From contig JAYFNX010000011.1 of assembly GCA_034933245.1 (NCBI GenBank), positions 948 through 64,947 of the forward strand: a stretch of 64,000 bases of DNA, given 5' to 3'. Below the pieces are notes generated by a model, which was given only the letters and a program-made list of their open reading frames with translations, was not told where the DNA came from and ran no database searches. Below, piece after piece: positions 17,858-25,425 of the stretch; positions within the stretch are counted from its first letter, which is position 1; each line of letters begins with the position of its first letter. Position numbers and translations under genes: made by a program. This DNA is from Candidatus Pelethousia sp. (GTDB taxonomy: Bacteria; Bacillota; Clostridia; Christensenellales; CAG-138).

Positions 17858-18904
17858 TTATTTCACCCAGATAGTCGCCTCGCCTTGGGGAACGGCATGG
17901 CCGATAATCCGGCTCCAATCATTCTGCTCACCTAAAGCGGAAAGGAGACGGTCCGCATCCGATTCCGCAACGCTAATGAGCAGCCCGCCGGCAGTCTGCG
18001 GATCAAACATGAGATCCTGCAGGGCTAGCGGAACGGTTCCTTCAAAGCGAACTTTCTCTTCCATATGGCTGCGGTTACGGTACGCGCCTGCGGGGATAAT
18101 GCCCTCTTGCGCGAAATTCAGGGCATTTGGCATAAGCGGCAGATTTTCCGCCTGCAGGCATATGCTGACGCCGCTGGCCTGCGCCAATTCCTTTGCATGG
18201 CCTAAGAGGCCGAAGCCCGTGATATCCGTGCAGCCATGAACAGACAGCCCCGCCATGGCCTGCTGGGCGCCTGCGCTCAAGGTTGTCATAACCCGGATCA
18301 AAAACGCTTGTTCCGTTTCATCCAGCAAATCCGCTTTCGCTGCGGTAGTCAGGATGCCGCTTCCCAAAGGTTTGGTTAACACCAGCACATCGCCCGGGCG
18401 GGCCCCACTGTTGGCAAGAATCCGATCCGGATGGACAAACCCTGTCACAGAAAGGCCGTATTTCGGTTCCTTATCCTCGATGGTATGGCCGCCGCATAAG
18501 CAAGCGCCCGCCTCCGCCACCTTGCTGGCCCCACCTTCCAAAATGGCGCGAACATCCCGAGGCGGAAGCTTGTCCGAAGGGAAACAGAACAAATTTAACG
18601 CCAGCTTTGGGATGCCTCCCATGGCGTAAATATCGCTTAAAGCATTGGAAGCCGCTACCTGGCCAAAGGAATAAGGATCATCCACCATAGGCGGAAACAA
18701 ATCCACTGTTTGGATGAGAGCGAGATCATCGCTCACTCGATATACGGCTGCATCGTCGCTGGTTTCCATCCCCACCAGCAGGTTGGGATCGGAAATCCGG
18801 GGCAGCCCGGTTAGCATATTCTCTAGGACGCCCGGCCCTATTTTGGCAGCTCAGCCGCCACAAGAGGTCATTTTGGAGAGGTAAATCTTTTCTCCGCTAG
18901 ACAT
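17858..18904 (-). CDS. selD: Selenide, water dikinase (selenophosphate synthetase), Sec-containing form
   Basis: The ORF track begins at 18817. Upstream in frame it reads MSSGEKIYLSKMTSCGG-UGA-AAKIGPGVLEN, which is the SelD N-terminal loop with UGA at the catalytic Cys/Sec position. AAGGAGGG lies 7 nt before the ATG at 18904. Confidence 0.9.
18851..18853 (-). other. In-frame UGA selenocysteine codon of selD
   Basis: TGA is read on the minus strand, three codons before the conserved Lys (U-A-A-K versus C-G-C-K in E. coli SelD). Confidence 0.85.
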
Positions 18905-18938
18905 GAAGGTTCCCTCCTTTCACCAGTTCCTTAATTTG

Positions 18939-18967
18939 ATTGTACCATGGATGGCCCACCGGCACAA
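18939..18967 (-). promoter_or_regulatory. Candidate selD promoter (-35 TTGTGC, 17 nt, extended -10 TGGTACAAT)
   Basis: Read on the minus strand, between the upstream terminator and the selD RBS. Confidence 0.5.
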
Positions 18968-18972
18968 CGCGC

Positions 18973-19009
18973 ATAAACAACAAATCGGGCGGACAAGATG
19001 TCCGCCCGA
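18973..19009 (-). terminator. Rho-independent terminator of the yedE-tusA-DUF3343 operon
   Basis: On the minus strand, TCGGGCGGACA-TCT-TGTCCGCCCGA followed by TTTGTTGTTTAT. Confidence 0.75.
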
Positions 19010-19020
19010 AAGCAAGACGC

Positions 19021-19263
19021 TTATGGATCTTGGTGCCGCCATACCTGCGCATAGCGCGCATCTTCGCAGCGGTAAACCGCTTCCGTATCCTCCACTAAGA
19101 GAGGCGTGAAATCCGCATCCAGGGCGAAGCGTACACAGCTTCCGCAAGAAGCGCTTACGGAACGGGGCGTGGGCATCATCTTGCCGGGGATGCTCAGCTT
19201 TTTTAGCTTCCTGGCAAAAGATAGCGCCGCAAAGTGGGTATAGAAGGTGGCAATATAGTCCAT
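19021..19263 (-). CDS. DUF3343-like small protein (putative Se/S carrier)
   Basis: 80 aa with a CGSC motif. Size and position next to the TusA-like and YedE genes fit the DUF3343 family. Confidence 0.65.
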   Translation of the reverse strand: MDYIATFYTHFAALSFARKLKKLSIPGKMMPTPRSVSASCGSCVRFALDADFTPLLVEDTEAVYRCEDARYAQVWRHQDP

Positions 19264-19268
19264 GGCGC

Positions 19269-19478
19269 TTATTTGGAGATGGTGAGGGTATGGGTGTCGT
19301 CAGCGCCCTGAGCGCTATGCACCTGATAACCGGCGTTTTGCGCGAAACGCGTCACATTGCCGAGCGCAACGGCATTGTCCACCAGCACCTCAATCCCTTC
19401 AGGAGAGACCTTGAGCGCCTGTTTTGTTAGAAGTACGGGTTCGGGGCAGGCCCGGCCACGGGCATCAACCTGTTTCAT
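19269..19478 (-). CDS. TusA/SirA-family sulfur(selenium)transferase, YedF-like
   Basis: 69 aa with N-terminal DARGRACPEP (CPxP active-site motif). Confidence 0.8.
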   Translation of the reverse strand: MKQVDARGRACPEPVLLTKQALKVSPEGIEVLVDNAVALGNVTRFAQNAGYQVHSAQGADDTHTLTISK

Positions 19479-19492
19479 AGGAAAATTCCTCC

Positions 19493-20557
19493 TTAGTCCT
19501 TTTGCTTTTGCAGGTTCATCACGGCGATAAGGGCCACAAGAACCAGGCAGATCATCACGGCGATCTGGCCGTTCAAGGTGGGGCCGTCGCCGGAGGAGGC
19601 CAGCTTGAAGTTGTGGCAGAAGGCGGCGCCTACGGTCATACCCAGCACGGCTACGCCGCTATCCGCATTGCCGCTGCCGGCCAAGATGAGCTGGCGCAGG
19701 GGGCAACCACCCAGCAATACGCTGGCAAAGCCCACCAGGACCATGCCCAGGGCATTCCAAAGGCCGTCCGTATGCGCTACGGGCTGGTCCGCAAAGGAGA
19801 AGTTTACGCCGGCGCCGGTAAGCAGATTGCCGAGCAATACCGCAACGATGATCGCGATGAAACCATAGAGCAGGTGGCCGTCTTTAAACATGATGGCATC
19901 CCGCAGGCCGCCCACCATGCACAGGCGGGACTTTTGAGCCAGCGCGCCCACGACGAGGCCGGCGATCAACGCAATGGCGATGGGAGCACGCATGGAACCC
20001 GGGCCCTTCTCACTGAAGAAGAGGAGGCCTGCGCCGAAAACGAGAAGGATAAACAGGCCCAGCGAGATGGCGCTGGGAATATAACCCTCCAGCTTAGGCA
20101 TATCGTAGGTGCGCTTGAGTGTGAACCCTTTATTTAAGAAGAAGATACCCATGAGAATGCCGATAACAAACCCGACGAGGCCTACGACCGCATTCAGATC
20201 CCCGCCGCCGATACGGATAATCATGCGCAGGGGGCAACCCAGGAACATCAGTGCGCCGACCATTACGGCAAAGCCCAGAACAAACCGGATAAGGGGTGCG
20301 CTGCCGCCCTTGGGAGCAAATTCTTTGCCCACAAGGCTCATGATCAGAGCGCCCAATACCAGGCCGATAATTTCGGGCCGGACATATTGAACCACTTCAG
20401 CGCGGTGCATGCCTACGCCGCCCGCGATATCACGCAGGAAGCATGCGATACAAAATCCCATGTTTTTGGGGTTGCCAAAGGCCACCAGCGCAACGGCGAT
20501 GATGCCCACGATTAGCCCGGTCACGATGACAAGGCCGTGCTTTTTGAAAAAGCCCAT
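19493..20557 (-). CDS. yedE: YedE-family membrane protein (putative selenium/sulfur-compound transporter)
   Basis: 354 aa, polytopic, with paired conserved Cys motifs (FCIACF, LGCPLR, RLCMVGG, GGCPLRQ) typical of YedE/YeeE. Confidence 0.8.
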   Translation of the reverse strand: MGFFKKHGLVIVTGLIVGIIAVALVAFGNPKNMGFCIACFLRDIAGGVGMHRAEVVQYVRPEIIGLVLGALIMSLVGKEFAPKGGSAPLIRFVLGFAVMVGALMFLGCPLRMIIRIGGGDLNAVVGLVGFVIGILMGIFFLNKGFTLKRTYDMPKLEGYIPSAISLGLFILLVFGAGLLFFSEKGPGSMRAPIAIALIAGLVVGALAQKSRLCMVGGLRDAIMFKDGHLLYGFIAIIVAVLLGNLLTGAGVNFSFADQPVAHTDGLWNALGMVLVGFASVLLGGCPLRQLILAGSGNADSGVAVLGMTVGAAFCHNFKLASSGDGPTLNGQIAVMICLVLVALIAVMNLQKQKD

Positions 20558-20673
20558 TAGAAGAATACCTCCTATATATGGATGATTGTGTGTGGTTCCT
20601 TACCAGGTTCATGATATAAAGGCGGGGAGGCAAACTCAAATAGAAATATCAAAAGAAAGGGAGATAACTATCG

Positions 20674-20691
20674 ATTTAATCTATATTAAAT
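20674..20691. promoter_or_regulatory. Inverted repeat ATTTAAT-ctat-ATTAAAT in the divergent yedE/desulfurase intergenic region
   Basis: 7-bp arms with a 4-bp spacer, seen directly in the sequence. Confidence 0.3.
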
Positions 20692-20861
20692 GACATGCAG
20701 ATAGAAAATTGGCTAAAAATTAACCAAAATGCTGCTTTATAAGCAAGACAAATGGGGAAGAACCATTTATAAAATCTATATATAAAGAAAAACCGTACAG
20801 ACAAACCAGGGGTGTTGCGGTATACTTTAAAAGAACAAAGGAACAATCGGGAGGCAAGCGG

Positions 20862-22013
20862 ATGATTTACTTTGACAATGGAAGTACCTCCTTCCCCAAA
20901 GCACCGGGCGTGGGAGAAGCGATGGCGGCGCTTATAGCCACGGGAGCATTTAATATCAACCGGGGGGGATATGAGGGCGCTTACCGCGTGGCGGATATGG
21001 TGCTGGATACGCGGGAGCAAATCTGCCGGCTTCTGGATTGGGAAGACCCCAAAAATGTAGCCTTTACCGGCAACGTGACCCAGTCCTTAAACCTGATTTT
21101 GAAAGGATATCTGAAGGCTGGCGACCATGTGATCGTAAGCTCTCTGGAGCATAATGCCGTTATGCGGCCTTTAAATCAATTGGGCAAGTTGGGGGTTACC
21201 TTTGATGCCGCCCAGGCCGATGCGGATGGCCGTTTGGCCATAGAACGAATAGAAGCGCTTATCCGGCCGCAAACCAAGCTGGTTGTGATGACCCATGCCT
21301 CCAACGTATGCGGCACGGTACTGCCTATCGCGGATGCGGCGGCCCTTTGCCGGGCCCGTGGCCTACGCTTTGTGGTGGATGCGGCCCAAACGGCGGGGGT
21401 TCTGCCGCTTTCCATGAAGGAGCTGGGAGCGGACGCAATCGCATTCACAGGCCATAAGGGAATATTGGGGCCCCAGGGGATCGGCGGGATGGTTCTTACG
21501 GATGAATTCGCAGCCCAGATTGAGCCGTTGCTGAGCGGAGGGACGGGCAGCGTATCGGACACAGAGCAAATGCCCGCTTTTTTACCGGACCGATTTGAGA
21601 GCGGCACCATGAATTTGCCCGGCATTGCGGGGCTGCATGCGGCACTGGAATATATTCTGGAAACGGGGACTGACAGAATTAACCAGGTGGAAATGGAGCT
21701 TTGCAGCCGGTTTTTAGCTGGCGTGCGGGCTTTGCCTGGCGTCCGGATGGTTGGCGTAGACGGCATCCAAGGCAGGGTGGCTACCGTGTCCTTAGATTTT
21801 AGTTCCATGGGGCTGGATAACGCCGTCGTCTCCTATCGGCTGGATGATGAGCATGGCATTATGACGCGTTGCGGCATGCATTGCGCGCCGAGGGCCCATA
21901 AGACTTTGGGTACCTTCCCACAGGGTACCGTCCGCTTCGCCTTCGGCCATAAAAACACGCCCGACGAAGTAGATAGTTGCCTGGAAGCATTGAAAGATAT
22001 TTGCAAGAATTGA
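20862..22013 (+). CDS. Class-V aminotransferase: cysteine desulfurase / selenocysteine lyase family
   Basis: 383 aa. N-terminal IYFDNGSTSFPK, PLP-lysine FTGHKGILGP, active-site RCGMHCAP. GGGAGG RBS upstream. Confidence 0.85.
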   Translation: MIYFDNGSTSFPKAPGVGEAMAALIATGAFNINRGGYEGAYRVADMVLDTREQICRLLDWEDPKNVAFTGNVTQSLNLILKGYLKAGDHVIVSSLEHNAVMRPLNQLGKLGVTFDAAQADADGRLAIERIEALIRPQTKLVVMTHASNVCGTVLPIADAAALCRARGLRFVVDAAQTAGVLPLSMKELGADAIAFTGHKGILGPQGIGGMVLTDEFAAQIEPLLSGGTGSVSDTEQMPAFLPDRFESGTMNLPGIAGLHAALEYILETGTDRINQVEMELCSRFLAGVRALPGVRMVGVDGIQGRVATVSLDFSSMGLDNAVVSYRLDDEHGIMTRCGMHCAPRAHKTLGTFPQGTVRFAFGHKNTPDEVDSCLEALKDICKN

Positions 22014-22032
22014 AGGATCTATTCAAGCAAGC

Positions 22033-22066
22033 AGCGGGCGCTCCAAATGGAACGCCCGCTTTTTTG
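22033..22066 (+). terminator. Rho-independent terminator of the desulfurase gene
   Basis: agcgggcg...cgcccgct followed by tttttt. Confidence 0.8.
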
Positions 22067-22245
22067 TCCATGAAACCATGGCCGCCGGCGTTTCGGTATG
22101 GCCCTGCGGTAGCAACGATGACGGCAAAACAAAGATAGGGAACCGGGAAAAGAGAGGCCCAGGCTTAGAACGGGCAATCGCAAGGGAAAATGGCAAATTT
22201 TAATTTATAGAAGATGCCCCCGCAGGAAGAGCGCATTTTAATATG

Positions 22246-22287
22246 TAAAAAAGACCCACAGGCCTTTGATTAAGGGGCCCGCGGGTC
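22246..22287 (-). terminator. Rho-independent terminator of the M20-PLP operon
   Basis: On the minus strand, GACCCGCGGGCC-loop-GGCCTGTGGGTC followed by TTTTTTAC. Confidence 0.75.
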
Positions 22288-22308
22288 TATATCCGAGGGA
22301 GGGTGGTA

Positions 22309-23778
22309 TTACATATTTTTTAGAACGCCGGTGCGAGCATTGAACTCGTTGATAAGCGCATCGAGATCCGCGGCTTGGGCATGGATATCCGTCCAGTAGT
22401 GCGCATCATACCACTGCTGATTAATCTCTTCAAAGGTCTTCCCCTGCTGCTCAACCCACGTGTAATACTTCAGGTTATGGATCCGCTTACGTTCCTCGTA
22501 GGAGAGCTCCTTCATGCTATCCGTACGAATGCCATGGAGGTGTTCGGAAAAATCGCGTGCAGCCGTGAGCATATCATAGGGCCCCTGCTGTGCATTGAGC
22601 TCATCAACACGGCTGGTATACATGACGTAGGAATCGGTAGCAACCGTAGCCACAACATCCTTTTCGGTAAGCTCGTAGTATTTGGCAAATTTAATACAGC
22701 ACAGAAGATTGGCAATGCCGGAAATGCCCAGCAGTTCCAGATGGTCGATGGTTTCTTGCTCCACGCCAACCACGTCCTTAAGATATTTGTGACCTTCCGG
22801 TGTATTGAACAGGCGGAGGAGGTTTTGGCTGTCATCATCATCAATATCAATAACCATATCCGTATTCTTTACATTATGTACCCAAGGCACATGCTTATCT
22901 CCAATGCCTTCGATGCGATGCCCGCCAAAGCCGTTTTCCAACAGCGTGGGGCACTGCAAGGCTTCTCCTACCGCCAGCTTGGAATAAGGGTATTGTTCCT
23001 TCAGATAATCGCCGGCGCTCATGGTGCCCGCTGAGCCGGAGGTAAAGCAGGCGCCCGCAAAGCGTTTCTCTCCGCTTAAGGATTCATATGCATCCTGTAT
23101 GGCCTTGCCTGTTACCTGATAGTGCCAAAGCACATTACCCATTTCATCAAATTGATTAAAGATGACAACATCTTTACGGGTTGCCCGCAGCTCGTGGGTT
23201 TTATCGAAAATTTCCTTTACATTGCTCTCACAGCCAGGCGTGGCAATCACTTCGCCGGCGATGGATTTTAGCCAATCGAAGCGCTCCTTGCTCATTTCCG
23301 CGGGCAGGATCGCAACGCTTTCACACCCTAACAGCTTTGAGTTGTAGGCGCCGCCCCGGCAATAATTCCCGGTAGAAGGCCAAACCGCCTTGTTATAGGT
23401 TGGATCAAACTGGCCGGTCACCAGCCGGGGAGCAAGGCAGCCGAACGAAGCGCCCACCTTGTGGCATCCGGTGGGAAACCACTTGCCGCAAAGCATAATG
23501 ATACGGGCCTTGACACCGGTCAGGCTTGAAGGCAGCTCAATGTAGTTCACGTTGCCAAAGGTGCCGCCCTGCATCTTTGGTTCGTTGCGCCAAGTTATGC
23601 GGAAAAGATTCAAGGGGTTGATATCCCAAAGGCCCACCTTTTTAAGGGCTTCTTTAATCTTATCGGGGATAAGATCGGGGTTTCGCATCTGCGCAAAAGT
23701 TGGGATGACGATATGGTTTTCTTTTGCCCGCTCGACCGCACGCGAGAGCTTGTCTTCATGGATGGTTAAGTCGATCAT
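22309..23778 (-). CDS. Large fold-type II PLP-dependent enzyme (cysteine-synthase-like core; lyase/thiolase type)
   Basis: 489 aa with PLP-lysine context FPTGCHKVGASF and a cysteine-synthase-like block WPSTGNYCRGGAYNSKLLGCESVAILPAEMSKER. It has a long C-terminal extension. AGGAAGGA RBS upstream. Confidence 0.75.
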   Translation of the reverse strand: MIDLTIHEDKLSRAVERAKENHIVIPTFAQMRNPDLIPDKIKEALKKVGLWDINPLNLFRITWRNEPKMQGGTFGNVNYIELPSSLTGVKARIIMLCGKWFPTGCHKVGASFGCLAPRLVTGQFDPTYNKAVWPSTGNYCRGGAYNSKLLGCESVAILPAEMSKERFDWLKSIAGEVIATPGCESNVKEIFDKTHELRATRKDVVIFNQFDEMGNVLWHYQVTGKAIQDAYESLSGEKRFAGACFTSGSAGTMSAGDYLKEQYPYSKLAVGEALQCPTLLENGFGGHRIEGIGDKHVPWVHNVKNTDMVIDIDDDDSQNLLRLFNTPEGHKYLKDVVGVEQETIDHLELLGISGIANLLCCIKFAKYYELTEKDVVATVATDSYVMYTSRVDELNAQQGPYDMLTAARDFSEHLHGIRTDSMKELSYEERKRIHNLKYYTWVEQQGKTFEEINQQWYDAHYWTDIHAQAADLDALINEFNARTGVLKNM

Positions 23779-23817
23779 GTTCTGGTTCCTTCCTAATTAT
23801 AGTGTATTGTGATGCTT

Positions 23818-25086
23818 TTATTCCGCGATGCCGCACCAGCTTACGATGGTGCGGGCAAGTATTCTTATGGCATGGAGATAATCGGCAAGGTTTACCCACT
23901 CGTTGTTGGCATGCATCTGCTCCGTCATGCCCGGCCCAAAGATGACGGTAGGGGTGTTGCCATATTTAACAAGGTGGCGGATATCGGCCGCACCCTCCCG
24001 GCCCGAGATTACCGGCACTTTGCCCATAACGGCGGCAAAGCTGCCGCATAGTTCGGTTACGATAGGGCTCTCCACATCAATGGCCGCCGGCTCGGCAAAA
24101 TATCCGTTAAAAATGACCGCAGGCGGGTGATCCTTAAACCAGGGTTCCTGTTCGCTGACGCGTTGGGTAATGAAGCGCACAAATTCCGACTTTACCGCAT
24201 CGGAATCCTCCCCGGGAACGGTGGCCATGGACCCCTTGAGGGTACAGCTGTCCGGGAAGGCGCTGGCATAGGTTCCGCTGCTGAACTGGCCGATCATGCA
24301 AGGGATGGAAGCCAGAATATCAGGATAAAGCGGATGTCGAATTTTGGAAACGCGCTCTTTCTCAAATTCGGATACGGCTTTGGTGACAAGATAGCCAAGG
24401 TCTATGGCGTTTACCCCCTCGTAACGCCGCTGAATGCCGGCCGCTTTGCCTTTTATATTGATGGTAAACCAAATGCGGCCAATGGAACCGGGCTGTACCC
24501 GCATGCTGGAAGTTTCGCAGCAAATGCCGGCATCCGCACGATAGCCTTTTGTTACGCAGGCTAGGGTGCCGTTCCCTGAAAGCTCCTCGTCCATAACATA
24601 CTCGAGGATCACATCTCCCTTGAGCTTGATCCCCGCATCTCGCACCAGCTTCACGGCCATGGTCATGGCGGCAACGCCGGATTTCATATCCGCGGCGCCC
24701 CGGCCGTACATTTTCCCATCCGCAATATCCGCCGACCAGCAGCCATGTTCCCAATTGTCCGAAGATCCCTCTGGAATGACATCCACATGCCCATTGAACA
24801 GCAGGGAGCGCCCGCCGCCTTCTCCCTTAAGGACAGCCACCACATTCGGCCTGCCTTCATAAGAATCCACATCGACTTCTACAAAAGCGGGGTGCTTGCG
24901 AAGCGCATCCAATGCAGGGACAAAGCTGTCCACAGCAAGCCCCAGGCGGGTCAAATGCGCGCCTATGAACTCTTGAATAGGCCCCTCGTTGCCTGTGACG
25001 CTGGGGATACGCAAAATGTCCTGTAGAAAATGAATCGATTCTTTTTCTCTGGAGACTATAAAATCATCCAAATTTCCAATATTCAT
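23818..25086 (-). CDS. M20-family metallohydrolase (ArgE/DapE/YgeY-like)
   Basis: ATG at 25086 with AAGGAG 8 nt upstream. Motifs LLFNGHVDVIP and GRGAADMKSG are the M20 metal and catalytic motifs. Confidence 0.8.
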   Translation of the reverse strand: MNIGNLDDFIVSREKESIHFLQDILRIPSVTGNEGPIQEFIGAHLTRLGLAVDSFVPALDALRKHPAFVEVDVDSYEGRPNVVAVLKGEGGGRSLLFNGHVDVIPEGSSDNWEHGCWSADIADGKMYGRGAADMKSGVAAMTMAVKLVRDAGIKLKGDVILEYVMDEELSGNGTLACVTKGYRADAGICCETSSMRVQPGSIGRIWFTINIKGKAAGIQRRYEGVNAIDLGYLVTKAVSEFEKERVSKIRHPLYPDILASIPCMIGQFSSGTYASAFPDSCTLKGSMATVPGEDSDAVKSEFVRFITQRVSEQEPWFKDHPPAVIFNGYFAEPAAIDVESPIVTELCGSFAAVMGKVPVISGREGAADIRHLVKYGNTPTVIFGPGMTEQMHANNEWVNLADYLHAIRILARTIVSWCGIAE

Positions 25087-25194
25087 TCGAAGCGCTCCTT
25101 GTTTAAAGAAATCAGTGGAGATGACCTGCCTTGTATTTGTAAGTTTATCACACCACATAGAGCGATTCAACTGCCGAAAATGCCAGAAAACGGC

Positions 25195-25216
25195 CAAATA
25201 TTACCCGCAATATTTG
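25195..25216. promoter_or_regulatory. Inverted repeat CAAATATT-acccgc-AATATTTG in the divergent M20/PucR intergenic region
   Basis: 8-bp perfect arms. A third AAATATT copy lies about 40 bp downstream. Confidence 0.35.
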
Positions 25217-25425
25217 TATAAAACAAACAATAAGAAAGCGTGATACTCGGCGAGAAATATTGTAATGCAGGATCGAAAATAGTATCATATATTTACGAAA
25301 AATACCGATAATGTACATAAACCACACGAACAAACGATAATACGCGGCAGATCTAACAAATACCAAAACGCCGAATTTACGTGCATGCCATCGTCTTCAA
25401 AATACAAATTCAAGGGGATACCATT

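Noticed and set aside
18845-18859. Mini-hairpin GGCGGC-UGA-GCUGCC that places the selD UGA in a triloop, considered as the SECIS.
   Set aside because: Bacterial SECIS elements are larger stem-loops downstream of the UGA. I could not fold a convincing one by eye, only a 5-bp CCGGG/CCCGG stem about 44-57 nt downstream, so no SECIS coordinates are claimed.
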